In this document: positions 1 to 9,419 of the stretch, one piece after another | Position numbering within the stretch: the stretch's first letter is position 1 | Layout of the letters: each line of letters begins with the position of its first letter | NCBI GenBank assembly: GCA_951813555.1 | Contig: OX638344.1 | Span: forward strand, 3,657,990 to 3,721,989 | Length of the DNA: 64,000 nt | Reading direction: 5' to 3' | DNA from: an uncultured Acidimicrobiales bacterium | Lineage (GTDB): Bacteria; Actinomycetota; Acidimicrobiia; Acidimicrobiales; Bin134 | Notes under the pieces: model-generated | What the model saw: only the letters and a program-made list of their open reading frames with translations | The model's database searches: none | What the model was told of the DNA's origin: nothing | Made by a program: the position numbers and the translations under genes

Positions 1-590
1 GGCCAAGAGAAGTCGTGGGCCACCTGCCAAACCTCGGCGTTCAAGAACAAGAAGGCGCTGAACAGCAGGAGCAGCGGCAGGATGCGGCCCACCAGCCGTC
101 CGATAAGGGCGATCTGGTTCCCGGAGTAGGCCCCGGCCCAGACAATCATGGGGAACAGGCCGAAGCTCACCACCAAGTACACCCCCACGAGTAGCAGGAG
201 ATTTATCAGCGCCAGACCCGCGGTGTCGGACAACCGGTCTTCAGAGAACAGGGCGGGAAGCACGGGTGGAACCAGCACGAACACGGCCAGTTCGATGGCT
301 CCCACCCGATCGGGAAGCTGAAACAGCCGACGACCCCTCAATCGATTGACCGCAGCCACGGCGCCGAGGGCGATGGCCGCGCCGGCCCAGAACACGCCGA
401 ATTGCGCCCAACCGTCGAACCGGTCGCCGAATGAGGCGAATATCTCGACCAGGAACACCAGTGCCAAGAACGGCACGGCCCGAGTGAACACATCGGTGCT
501 GGCCCGGTAGTCGTGGATTACGTGGGGAACACCCCGCCGGATGAACCAGCGCTCGACGGCCTCTTGGCGGGAGGCAGTCGCCTCCGCCAC
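1..590 (-). CDS. Integral membrane protein, partial (runs off the window)
   Basis: Hand translation from GTG at 590: MAEATASRQEAVERWFIRRGVPHVIHDYRASTDVFTRAVPFLALVFLVEIF... with several hydrophobic segments. Not in the ORF track. Confidence 0.7.
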   Translation of the reverse strand, partial: MAEATASRQEAVERWFIRRGVPHVIHDYRASTDVFTRAVPFLALVFLVEIFASFGDRFDGWAQFGVFWAGAAIALGAVAAVNRLRGRRLFQLPDRVGAIELAVFVLVPPVLPALFSEDRLSDTAGLALINLLLLVGVYLVVSFGLFPMIVWAGAYSGNQIALIGRLVGRILPLLLLFSAFLFLNAEVWQVAHDFSW

Positions 591-593
591 TGG

Positions 594-914
594 TCAGTCC
601 CCTTTGGGGATGGTGGGCACCTCGACGCCGGGGCCGTAGTAGATGAACAGGTTGGCAATCAGATCGTCGAGGCCGTCACGGGTGCCGCCTTTGGCCAAAT
701 CGACGGTGATGATGTTGCTGTTCACATGGATGGCGTCGATCCCGCCCCGGTCGAACAGGCGGCGGGCCAACTCGTCCACCGGCCGCTCTCCGGGAATGTC
801 CCGCCCGGCGGCGTAGTGCTCGTGGCCGGTGCCGGTGATGCTCCGATTGATCTCATAGCGGATCACCCCCGGACGGCTAGTAGCCCTCTCCACAACAGTC
901 ACCGGCTGTCCCAT
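594..914 (-). CDS. Small protein, NifU/Nfu N-terminal-domain-like
   Basis: MGQPVTVVE...VIRYEINRS...ELARRLF..GGIDAIHVNSNIITV resembles the Nfu_N pattern; ATG at 914 chosen as start. Confidence 0.55.
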   Translation of the reverse strand: MGQPVTVVERATSRPGVIRYEINRSITGTGHEHYAAGRDIPGERPVDELARRLFDRGGIDAIHVNSNIITVDLAKGGTRDGLDDLIANLFIYYGPGVEVPTIPKGD

Positions 915-1013
915 ACGACCCCGGATGGTACCCGTTCGCCGCAGCCCGACGGTCAATCAGAAGCCTGCCTCTTCAGCCGCTCCCTCAGCGGGGAACTCAA
1001 ATTGCGTTCGGTT

Positions 1014-1661
1014 TCAGAGTTCTCGCAATGGGCCGCGCAAAATCGACCGACCTGAATGGCTTGTATCGCCATCACGAGGTTCGATGCTGATGTCGAGGAC
1101 GAAGAAGGCTTTCGGGTCGTATCCAGCGGGCACCTCGAGTCTGCCTGGATCATCAGGATCCACCAGGCCGATCGAGACGAGGTCGGCGACGTTGCCCTCC
1201 TCGTCGGGCTGGATGAGCCAAGCTTCCAAATCTGCACCATCCTCAGGGGACGGAAGCAACGCATCCACGATCTTGATGCTATGGCGGTCGTCTTCGGCGA
1301 AGAGTTCGGCGCCAGCTCGAGCCTGCGCGCCCAACTCGTCGAAGCTAGCCGGATCGTAAGCGAGTTCGGCAGAGGCAATGACGCGGGCAGGATCGTCTCG
1401 AGTGAGGGTGACGGCTGCCGCTACCCCAGCGGCTACGAGCACCAGTGCCGCAGCAGCACTGAGCATGATCCGCCGAACCTTTCGGCGCCGGAACTCCAAA
1501 GCAATGACGGCTCCCGGAGCATCATCGGCCGCTTGCACGGCCGATTCGATGCCTTCCCAGACGTCTTCGGGGGGGTCGATCAACTCCAACTCCGCAGCAT
1601 CGAGGTCCCGAAGCAGGGCTTCGATGGCAGAGTCTGTCCGACCGGCGCGCTCTTCATCCAT
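1014..1661 (-). CDS. rskA: Anti-sigma factor, RskA family
   Basis: PPEDVWEGI, a single TM helix, LEAWLI and DISIEP..GDTSHSGRSILRG C-terminus; overlaps the ECF sigma stop. Confidence 0.85.
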   Translation of the reverse strand: MDEERAGRTDSAIEALLRDLDAAELELIDPPEDVWEGIESAVQAADDAPGAVIALEFRRRKVRRIMLSAAAALVLVAAGVAAAVTLTRDDPARVIASAELAYDPASFDELGAQARAGAELFAEDDRHSIKIVDALLPSPEDGADLEAWLIQPDEEGNVADLVSIGLVDPDDPGRLEVPAGYDPKAFFVLDISIEPRDGDTSHSGRSILRGPLREL

Positions 1662-2199
1662 GAACCGACTCCAACTGTCTTCGAATCTGGAGGAGACCGC
1701 GGCGCAGATCACTTTTGACCGTGCCGATCGGCACTGACAAGCGGTCGGCGATCTGGCTGTGAGTGAGATCGTCGAAGTAGTGCATCGCGATAACCCGGCG
1801 AGGACGGTCAGAAAGGCAGCGCAGGGCCTCTGCGACCATCATCCGGTCACCTGCCTGGTCGACCTGCGCTTCGACCGCCACTTCCCCGAGATCAGCTTCA
1901 GACCGGCGTTTCTCGTGCCGCTGCTCAGCGCGGATATTGTCGATGATCCGGTTCTTGGCAATAGCGATCAGCCACCCAGCGAGGGTGCCCTTGTGTGGCT
2001 TGTACTGCCCGCGATTCCGCAGCGCCCTGATGAACACCTCCTGAGTGACATCTTTGGCGCGGCTCTCGTCAAGAGACCGACGGCAGTAGGTGTAGACAAG
2101 TGCGCCATACAGCTCGTAGGCAGCTCTGAGAGCATCCTCGTCTCCCCCGGCAAACGCCTGTTCAACGTTGTCAGCCGACTGGCTCGCGGGGCTGGGCAC
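1654..2199 (-). CDS. sigK: ECF RNA polymerase sigma factor, SigK-like
   Basis: DVTQEVF, WLIAIAKN, LTHSQIADRLSVPIGTVKS. GTG at 2199 follows TATGCT by 6 nt (leaderless). Paired with rskA and a fasciclin gene. Confidence 0.85.
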   Translation of the reverse strand: MPSPASQSADNVEQAFAGGDEDALRAAYELYGALVYTYCRRSLDESRAKDVTQEVFIRALRNRGQYKPHKGTLAGWLIAIAKNRIIDNIRAEQRHEKRRSEADLGEVAVEAQVDQAGDRMMVAEALRCLSDRPRRVIAMHYFDDLTHSQIADRLSVPIGTVKSDLRRGLLQIRRQLESVHG

Positions 2200-2336
2200 G
2201 CCGAAAGCATAGTGACTGATCACAACTCCGCGGTCAGTCCCGCACTGAGAGCGTTGGCCTGAGTCGAGGCCTACAGCGGACGGGCGCATGAGGGGATTTG
2301 CAGTAAATGCACGCCCGTCCGCCGAGGCCGAGGCTC

Positions 2337-2915
2337 CTACTCCGGTGCGGGAGGGAGCAGGACCTTGTCGATGACGTGGATGACGCCGTTGGAGGCCTCG
2401 ATGTCGGCAGTGACCACAGCGGCGTCGTTCACCATCACCGTGCCGCCGGCGATGGTGATCACGACATCAGAACCGGCGACCGTGGTCACGCTCTCTCCAT
2501 CGAGGGTCAGCACCAACTCAGCTGGGGCCGCCAACGGCAATACGTGATAGGTCAAAACCCCAGTCAGCAGATCGACATCGGCCAACAACTCCTCAGCAGA
2601 CAATCCCAGGGCTTCCAACGCCGCGGCGAAAGCCTCCTCAGTAGGGGCAAACACCGTGAACGGGCCCTCCCCGCTCAACACGTCCACCAAACCAGCAGCC
2701 TGCACCGCGGCCACCAAAGTCGGAAACGCCCCCGACTCCACCGCCACCTCGACAATCGTCCCTGGTGCCGCCGGAGCCTCGGTCGGATCAGGAGTCGGAT
2801 CCGGAACCTCCGCCGCCGCCGGAGGTTGGGCACTGTCATCGTCGTTGCCGCATGCCGCTGCAACCAGCGAAAAAATCAGCAGAATTGCCAGGAGTGATGA
2901 GAGCTTTCTGGGCAT
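2337..2915 (-). CDS. Fasciclin (FAS1) domain lipoprotein, MPT70/MPT83-like
   Basis: Lipobox AAAC; [33 protein letters not shown]. Confidence 0.92.
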   Translation of the reverse strand: MPRKLSSLLAILLIFSLVAAACGNDDDSAQPPAAAEVPDPTPDPTEAPAAPGTIVEVAVESGAFPTLVAAVQAAGLVDVLSGEGPFTVFAPTEEAFAAALEALGLSAEELLADVDLLTGVLTYHVLPLAAPAELVLTLDGESVTTVAGSDVVITIAGGTVMVNDAAVVTADIEASNGVIHVIDKVLLPPAPE

Positions 2916-2950
2916 GTTCTTCTCCGTACTTTGGGAACTTCACTCTTAAC

Positions 2951-2977
2951 TACGGAGGGAACAGCAGGTTTGGATGC
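2951..2977 (-). promoter_or_regulatory. Putative SigK-type ECF promoter
   Basis: Minus strand reads GCATCC-N16-CCGTA upstream of the fasciclin gene, close to the mycobacterial SigK consensus CCATCC-N15-CCGAA. Confidence 0.55.
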
Positions 2978-3101
2978 AGTCAACCCCGAACGGTGTTGGG
3001 CCCGGCTGGCATTCGAAGGCAGCGTGGCGACAACAACTCTGTCCGAAAGGGCTTGTGTCGCGAGACAATGGGAGCAATGCACAGCGGACCCGTTTCCCGC
3101 C

Positions 3102-4007
3102 TATTGCGTCCAACGATTGCGGCAGTGAGCTTCCTCCTTTCTTGTGGAGGCATGCTCTATTAGGAGGAGCTATGTCTAGACCACGAAGAAGCTTTGACCG
3201 GGAGTTCCGGGATGGGGCTGTTCGGATCGTCAAAGAGACGGGCCGTCCGGTGGCCGATGTGGCCCGGGAGCTCGGTGTCTACGAGGGCACGCTCGGGAAC
3301 TGGGTTCGCCGGGATGAGGCCGAGCGGGCCGGCGGGCTGACCGCAGACGAGCGGGCCGAGCTGGCCCGGCTCCGCAAGGAGGTCGCGACTTTGTGGATGG
3401 AGCGCGATGTGCTCAAACGTTCCGTGGTCCTTTGGGTGAACGAGGCAACGCGGTAACCGCAGAGTTCATCGCGGCCCAAAGGACCGGCCACGGCGTGCCT
3501 CACGCAGTCGCATGCAGGGCGCTGGACGTTGCGCCCTCGACGCTTTACAAGCACCGCAACCGGCCGCTGATCGAGATGCAGCTCCGCCGACAGGCGACAG
3601 ACGCCGAGGTGAAGCGGGCATTCGACAAGTCCAAGGGCACCTACGGGTCGCCCAGGGTGAGAGCCCAGCTGCGCCGCGACGGCGTCTCGGTGTCGAAGAA
3701 GACGGTGGAGGCTTCGATGGCCCGCCAGGGCCTCTGTGCCCGGCCCAAGCGCAAAAAAGGCCTCACCAGCCAAAACCCCTGCGCTGTTGCCCCGTCGGAT
3801 CTGCTGCGGCGCGATTTCAGCGCTGAGGCGATCAACCAGAAGTGGTGCGGGGACTTCAAACAGGTTCCCACCGCTGCGGGCCCGGTGTTTTTGGCCACCG
3901 TCGAGGACCTGTGCTCGCGGCGCATGGTCGGCTTCGCCACCTCCAACGACTACCCGACCGCCCAGCTGGCCAAAGACGCCATTTTTCATTCCGACAAGGG
4001 AACCCAG
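3102..4007 (+). mobile_element. IS3-family element, truncated (orfA 3172-3456; orfB about 3453-4007)
   Basis: orfA MSRPRRSFDREFRDGAVRIV..ERDVLKRSV with AGGAGG RBS; orfB YGSPRV, NQKWCGDF, DLCSRRMVG, HSDKGTQ. A short internal deletion precedes IFHSD and the rest of the DDE domain is lost. Confidence 0.9.
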
Positions 4008-4098
4008 GGCGGATTCAACCGGTGGTCGCAACAGTGGTTGTTGGGGGTGAGTGTAATAGTTGGTTGAGGGCTTCGGCGGGGGTTCGCCAGTCGAGGGT
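4008..4098 (-). mobile_element. IS30-family right-end remnant inserted in the IS3 orfB
   Basis: Minus strand reads TLDWRTPAEALNQLLHSPPTTTVATTG* (stop 4015-4017), typical of an IS30 transposase C-terminus, followed by the end sequence GGCGGATTCAACC (plus strand). Confidence 0.75.
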
Positions 4099-4199
4099 AT
4101 TGCGCCACCGCAGACCGGGAAAGCGGTCAAAGTCGGAATCGTTGGAGTGAAGTGCAGCGGGAATGTCCGAGGTTTTGACATCTTGAGCTCGTAGCCAAG

Positions 4200-4397
4200 A
4201 TGTTTGCTTTTGTAGATAGAGAAATCACACAGCGGGCTGCGGAGATATTGGAGACAAGAACGCTGCGTGGGACCATTCATGCCTCCCTGTTGGAGGTCGT
4301 CAACGCCAGACGGCGTCTCGAGCTGATCGGCCTGTTCAGCCAGCCCGAGCGCTTCTACTTCGATGCCGCTGATACCGCCTGGGGCGGAGACGAGTAG
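4200..4397 (+). pseudogene. vapB: VapB-type antitoxin, degenerate N-terminus
   Basis: VDREITQRAAEILETRTLRGTIHASLLEVVNARRRLEL...FDAADTAWGGDE is closely similar to the antitoxin at 31536-31742. Confidence 0.75.
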
Positions 4398-4515
4398 TTG
4401 CCGCGAATCATTTGACTGGCCGGCACCAGTGCCTTCACCCGCAGGGCAAAGCCCGTCGTCGCCTCCGCTGCTGACCCCCTGATCGCCGAGGGGCGCATCA
4501 CGCAGCATGTCGCCG
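4398..4515 (+). pseudogene. vapC: VapC toxin 5' remnant with internal stop
   Basis: MPRII*LAGTSAFTRRAKPVVASAADPLIAEGRI aligns with MARATHLADTSAFARLSKPAVAAAVAPLIAEGRI at 31117-31536; truncated. Confidence 0.75.
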
Positions 4516-4599
4516 CCATCACCGGCCAACCCCACAAATGGATAGTGGGGCGCGGCTCTGCCGCCTGACCTCTCAGAATGGCGGGGACGATTCGGTGCT

Positions 4600-4620
4600 G
4601 ATGCGGAGGTGGGGCCAGCC
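4600..4620 (+). repeat. 21-bp direct repeat, copy 1 (displaced rnhB 3' end)
   Basis: GATGCGGAGGTGGGGCCAGCC, identical to 6215-6235. Minus strand reads GWPHLRISTESSPPF* (stop 4573-4575). Confidence 0.9.
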
Positions 4621-4832
4621 CGACTGGCATCAGCCCATGCGCCAAATCGGTATCGACAGGTGCGCGATTTCGACATTCAGGATTGTGCAGCGGGCCTTGG
4701 GGATTGAGGGGGGCTTGGAGGTTGCTCTGGACCTAGGGGTTGGATGTCATTTAGATTATGTTTCCAATGTTTAGATAGTTATCAATCTTATTCTATCTAA
4801 TTTATTGTGTTCACAGATATTCAGGTGGTTGT

Positions 4833-4853
4833 TGTCACTGGGGTCGGTATACT
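4833..4853 (+). promoter_or_regulatory. Putative leaderless promoter of the DUF222 gene, PafBC/RecA-NDp-like
   Basis: TGTCAC-N9-TATACT, 7 nt before ATG 4861. Resembles TGTCGG-N10-TANNNT but the spacer is 1 nt short. Confidence 0.4.
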
Positions 4854-4860
4854 TGCATGT

Positions 4861-6069
4861 ATGGAGTTTGGAGTCCTTGAGCAGGGTAAACGTAGCGACA
4901 GCCAGTCGTGCGTACCGGCTTGGCCAGAGGCGGTTGATGTCGCCTGCTTGTCGCTCTCAGAATTGCGGCAACGGTTGGGCCTGATCAAGAGAGCGGAGGC
5001 ACGTCTGGCCGCAATGAAGGTGGAAACGCTGGCCGCCTACGCCGACCGAGGAGGCGATGGCCTCGCCCGCCGGGTGGCCCTCGAGGAATTACAGGCCTCG
5101 AAGCAGCAGGCCCGCCGCGAAGTGGAGACCGCTTCGCAGTTCTCCCAAGTTCCCGAGACCCTTGGCGCTTTGGGTTCCGGGGAGATACCGGCCAAGCACG
5201 CCGAGCAGATCGCCAAGGCCGCATCTCAGGGGCCGGTTGATGAGACCGTGCTGGTGGATGCAGCCCGGCGCGAAGACTTCGGCACCTTCTCCCGCACATT
5301 GCGAGACCATCTGCATGAGATGTCGGGCGACTACGGCAAGTCGCTGCTGTCCAAGCAGCGTGAGCGCCGCAAGATGAGCTTTTTCAAATCACCCGACGAC
5401 GGCATGTTCATCATCAATGGCAGGTTCGACCCAGTCGCGGGGAATCGGATGGAGGCTGCACTGGCCGACGAGGAACGCCGCTTACGCAACAACAGCGACG
5501 CTGGCGATCAAACGGCTTTCGACCAACGAATGGCCGACGCCCTGGAAAACTTGATCTGCGCCGACCGCGACGACAGCAAGCCGCAGGGCACCACGCTGGT
5601 GCTGACCGCAGACTGGGACGCGTTGACCCAGAAAATGCTTGATTGTCGCCTGCTTGACGGAACGCCGCTACCGACGTCGGAGGCCCTGAGGCTGGCCTGC
5701 GACGCCGACATACTCCCCGGAATGTTCGACACTGAGGGCCAACAGCTATGGGTTGGCCGCAAGTACCGGTCGGCCACTGAAGCTCAGCGAACCGCCCTCA
5801 TCATTCGCGACAAGCACTGCATCGGCTGCGGCCGCACTGCGGCCTGGTGCGAGGTACACCACATCGTCGAGTGGTCCCGAGGCGGACCCACCGACATCGA
5901 CAACCTCGTGCTGGTCTGCACCCCCTGCCACCACAGCATCCACGACGATGGCTGGACGGTACCCAAACGACAGAACGGCACCTACCATTTACGACCGCCA
6001 CCCGAACCCGAGCACCCCGCCCCTGGCTCGGGCCACTTTCACCGTGACACCTCGAATCGAGGAACCTAA
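4861..6069 (+). CDS. DUF222 (13E12-repeat family) protein with C-terminal HNH endonuclease
   Basis: QRMADAL, RLACDA, GRKYRSATEAQRTALIIRDKHCIGC..CEVHHIVEWSRGGPTDIDNLVLVCTPCHHSIH. Confidence 0.92.
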   Translation: MEFGVLEQGKRSDSQSCVPAWPEAVDVACLSLSELRQRLGLIKRAEARLAAMKVETLAAYADRGGDGLARRVALEELQASKQQARREVETASQFSQVPETLGALGSGEIPAKHAEQIAKAASQGPVDETVLVDAARREDFGTFSRTLRDHLHEMSGDYGKSLLSKQRERRKMSFFKSPDDGMFIINGRFDPVAGNRMEAALADEERRLRNNSDAGDQTAFDQRMADALENLICADRDDSKPQGTTLVLTADWDALTQKMLDCRLLDGTPLPTSEALRLACDADILPGMFDTEGQQLWVGRKYRSATEAQRTALIIRDKHCIGCGRTAAWCEVHHIVEWSRGGPTDIDNLVLVCTPCHHSIHDDGWTVPKRQNGTYHLRPPPEPEHPAPGSGHFHRDTSNRGT

Positions 6070-6181
6070 AAAGACATGAACCTGCGGAGGAATCCCGCGG
6101 CACCCAGCAAGGGACCCGCCAAGAGAATTCGGGCAGGCTGAAACCTAAAACCTCTCTCAGCCGTTTCACTGCCATTGCCAA

Positions 6182-6856
6182 TCAGAACGGCAGTGCGGGG
6201 TCGGGGCCGGAGGGGATGCGGAGGTGGGGCCAGCCGAGGTTGTCCATGAAAGCCCAGGATCTGCGGTGCAGGGGGGTGGGGCCCAAGGCCGCTAGGGCGT
6301 CTTTGTGGCGGGGGCAGGGGTAGCCCTTGTTGCTTTCGAAGCAGTAGTCGGGGTAGTCGCCGGCTGCGGCCCGCATGAGGCGGTCGCGGGTGACCTTGGC
6401 CAGGATGGAGGCGGCCGCGATAGACAGGCAGATGGCATCGCCTTTGACCAGCGCCCGGGACTTTCCATTGCCTACGAAATCCCACCGGCCGTCCACCAAC
6501 ACGGCGTCAGCGTCTAGGCCCAGCCCGTCCAACGCCCGCCGGGCCGCCAGCCGCTGCGCGGCCGACATGCCCAATCGGTCGCACTCATCGTTGCTGGCGT
6601 GGCCCGCCGCCCAGGCGACGCACCAATCGGCGATCCGGTCGTAGAGCCCCTCTCGCTCGGCCTCGCTCAGCAGCTTGGAATCTCGAACCCGGTACACCCT
6701 CCGTTCCCGAGGCAAGACCGCCGCAACCAAGGTGAGGGGACCGGCCCACGCCCCCTTGCCCACTTCGTCCATGCCCACCACCGCTTCACAGCCTTCAGCC
6801 CACAGGCGGCGCTCGACGGCCAGACTGGGGGCAGCCGACTTCAGCGCGGCCCTCAT
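6182..6856 (-). CDS. rnhB: Ribonuclease HII
   Basis: GMDEVGKGAWAGP, VRDSKLL, VKGDAICLSIAAASILAKVTRD, NKGYP. Confidence 0.95.
   Translation of the reverse strand: MRAALKSAAPSLAVERRLWAEGCEAVVGMDEVGKGAWAGPLTLVAAVLPRERRVYRVRDSKLLSEAEREGLYDRIADWCVAWAAGHASNDECDRLGMSAAQRLAARRALDGLGLDADAVLVDGRWDFVGNGKSRALVKGDAICLSIAAASILAKVTRDRLMRAAAGDYPDYCFESNKGYPCPRHKDALAALGPTPLHRRSWAFMDNLGWPHLRIPSGPDPALPF
6215..6235 (+). repeat. 21-bp direct repeat, copy 2 (within rnhB 3' end)
   Basis: Identical to 4600-4620. Confidence 0.9.
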
Positions 6857-6872
6857 ATCCCCACGGTAGCTA

Positions 6873-8225
6873 TCAGGGCGCGTTCAATAGCGCTTCTCCA
6901 GAGGTCTGGGGGCTCGACCAGCTCTTGTCCAGGGCCGGCGCTCTGACCGCGACGGGCGTTTGGGCAGGGCGGGGGTCCAACTCCCAGAGGAGGGCGGGGC
7001 GGGGGCCATGCCAGCGAATGGCGTAGGACACGGGTCCGCACCGGGTGGGCAGGTCGTAGACGGCCATGGGACCGCCCCGCCAGGCGGCGCGGAACCCGGG
7101 GGCCAAATCCAGGGTGTTGCCGTGGTCGGCTACCAGTTCGGCCCGCAGCCCTTCAGCGGAGGGTTCCGCCGGGGACAGGTTGAGGCGGCGGACGTCTTGG
7201 GCAGCCCGATCCTGGCCTGCGGCGATCAGAAGACGCTCGACTGGTTCCACCGGCACAGCTGCTCCGTCTCGTGCAGCGGCCTCGACCGCCTCGGCTACTG
7301 CCTCAACAAATCGGACAGCAACTTCGTCGTCGCCTGTCAGGTCGTGGTGGACGGCGAAGGCTGTCAGCCGTTCAGCGGGCGCCTCGGTGGTCCAACGGGC
7401 AGCGATCTCGTCCAGTACCAGCTCGGCGTCGCTGTGATAGCCGTGATGGTCGAGCCGCACGGATAGCTCGCAGAGCTCGGCGAGGTTGGCCGTCTCCATA
7501 CGACCGGTGCGCCCCAGCCAGCGCCGTCGATTGCGGTCGATGCGGCGGGCCAGACCCTCGTCGGGCACCTCGATCCGGGCGCCCCGGTCCAAGTGGGCCT
7601 GCCAGCCACGCACAACCGCATCGGCGTCGGGCAGATCGGATGGCGGCGGGGGCTTGCCCCGGCTCAGCGAAGCGCTCACCGCCAGCCGAGCGGTGTGGGG
7701 CAGCGGCCATACCATGGCGGCCACATCACGGCCCTTGCTTTCCAGTTTCGGAATGCCCGCCCCTGTTCTGGCGTCGACGCTGAGCACCGCTTCCACAGCA
7801 TCGCGACCGACTGCGGCAGTCGCCGGGGGCCGGTCCCATGCCAGTACCGCCCGCCCGCCGACTGCGGCCCCTGTTTGGCCAACCGACAGCGGCGCTCCCG
7901 GCGCCTCCACCACCAGCGCGGCGGCGAAAGCAGTGGCGGCATCGTTGCCCACCTCTACTACCGCGACCGCCGGTCCCCCGCCGGCGGCCACCGCCCAAAC
8001 CCGCTGCACCGCATCCCCATCGGGCACCTTCATGCGGGTCTCCACGACGGCGCCAGCCCCCGCGTCGCTCTGGCGCACCGCCGCCTCCTGCGATGCTTGG
8101 TGCCAGCGGTCTGAAGCCCCGACCCACCAGTCCAGCGTCCATTCTCCGGTGCCTGGTTGCACCAATCCGCGGGCGTCTACCTCCCCCCACCCGTGGGCGC
8201 CCAGAACGTCCAATGGCCTGCTCAT
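6873..8225 (-). CDS. Hypothetical protein, possibly glycoside-hydrolase-like architecture
   Basis: Start MSRPLDVLG coupled to the gpsA stop; LDWWVGASDRWH, PTRCGPVSYAIRWHGPRPALLWE. Function not assignable. Confidence 0.65.
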   Translation of the reverse strand: MSRPLDVLGAHGWGEVDARGLVQPGTGEWTLDWWVGASDRWHQASQEAAVRQSDAGAGAVVETRMKVPDGDAVQRVWAVAAGGGPAVAVVEVGNDAATAFAAALVVEAPGAPLSVGQTGAAVGGRAVLAWDRPPATAAVGRDAVEAVLSVDARTGAGIPKLESKGRDVAAMVWPLPHTARLAVSASLSRGKPPPPSDLPDADAVVRGWQAHLDRGARIEVPDEGLARRIDRNRRRWLGRTGRMETANLAELCELSVRLDHHGYHSDAELVLDEIAARWTTEAPAERLTAFAVHHDLTGDDEVAVRFVEAVAEAVEAAARDGAAVPVEPVERLLIAAGQDRAAQDVRRLNLSPAEPSAEGLRAELVADHGNTLDLAPGFRAAWRGGPMAVYDLPTRCGPVSYAIRWHGPRPALLWELDPRPAQTPVAVRAPALDKSWSSPQTSGEALLNAP

Positions 8226-9319
8226 CAAGAAGAACGTCTGACGGATTGCCAAACTCGGCGCAGCCGCGACCCCTTGGAATCCGCTTTTTCCGGCCACAAC
8301 CGGCGAAAACGAGACGCCCTGGCTGCCTCCGGCTCGGGGCGGGTCTGACGCCCCATCAACACCATCGATGCCTCGGCCGCAGTCCGCCTGCCCTTGACCA
8401 CCGCATGCACCTCGGCGCTGATGGGCATCTCCACGCTGTGCTCGGCTGCCAGCTCCACCACCACCCCCACGGTGAATACCCCCTCGGCCACCTGGTCCAT
8501 CTCGGCCACAACCTCTTTGGCCTTGCGGCCCCGTCCGAGCTGCTCGCCCACATGGCGGTTGCGGCTCTGGGGGCTCATGCACGTGGCCAGCAGGTCGCCC
8601 ATCCCAGCCAGTCCGGCAAAGGTGTCGGCCCGGCCGCCCATGGCGGTGCCCAAACGGCCCATCTCCGCCAAGCCCCGGGTGATCACCGCCGCTCGGGTGT
8701 TGTCACCGGCGCCGAGCCCGTCGACCATGCCCGATGCCAAAGCGATCACGTTCTTGAGAGTGCCGCCGAGCTCGCAGCCGATCACGTCGTCATTGGTGTA
8801 GACCCGAAAGAGGTCGGTGGTTAGCACTCCCTGGAGGGCAGTGGCCACCGTCTCGTCGGCCATGGCGATGACCGACGTGGCCGCGTGCCCGGCCAGGATC
8901 TCCTTGGCCAGATTTGGTCCGGTGAGCGCGCCCGCGGGATGGGCGGGGGCCACCTGGTTGACGATCTCAGTCATGCGCAGTCGGGTGCCCCGCTCCAGTC
9001 CCTTGGTGAGACTCACCACCGGCACCCACGGTCGCAGATGGGTAGCCACCTTCTCCATTACTCGCCGAAACACCGAAGACGGGATTCCCATCACCACCAC
9101 CTCGGCTTCGGCCACAGCCTGCTGCAAGTTGGTGGTCGCCCGCAGGTTGGGGTGCAGGTCGAAACCGGACAGATAGCGGTGATTGGCGTGGTGCTCGTTC
9201 ACCGCAGTGGCCGTCTTGGGGTCCCGGCACCATAGAACGGTGGGCTCGTTGTGGGCAGCCAGGTGGGCAACGGTGGTACCCCACGACCCTCCGCCGATGA
9301 CCGCGACCCGGTTGGACAT
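8225..9319 (-). CDS. gpsA: NAD(P)H-dependent glycerol-3-phosphate dehydrogenase
   Basis: VIGGGSWGT, SLTKGLE, GPNLAKE, LKNVIALASG, GLAGMGDLLATCMSPQSRNR. Confidence 0.95.
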   Translation of the reverse strand: MSNRVAVIGGGSWGTTVAHLAAHNEPTVLWCRDPKTATAVNEHHANHRYLSGFDLHPNLRATTNLQQAVAEAEVVVMGIPSSVFRRVMEKVATHLRPWVPVVSLTKGLERGTRLRMTEIVNQVAPAHPAGALTGPNLAKEILAGHAATSVIAMADETVATALQGVLTTDLFRVYTNDDVIGCELGGTLKNVIALASGMVDGLGAGDNTRAAVITRGLAEMGRLGTAMGGRADTFAGLAGMGDLLATCMSPQSRNRHVGEQLGRGRKAKEVVAEMDQVAEGVFTVGVVVELAAEHSVEMPISAEVHAVVKGRRTAAEASMVLMGRQTRPEPEAARASRFRRLWPEKADSKGSRLRRVWQSVRRSS

Positions 9320-9419
9320 AGGCATCGAGCGTAGACGGGCCGAGGACGAAATGAGCCAGCGCAGCAGCGGCCGGGCGTCGAAGACGGTTGCGCGGGTCGA
9401 TGGCCGTAGACTCCTGCGA

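Noticed and set aside
3279-4676. 465-aa minus-strand ORF across the IS/vapBC remnants
   Set aside because: Antisense read-through of several unrelated fragments; no coherent domain.
8225-8340. GpsA C-terminal tail with SRFRRLW/SRLRRVW repeat
   Set aside because: Short low-complexity extension with no evidence of function.
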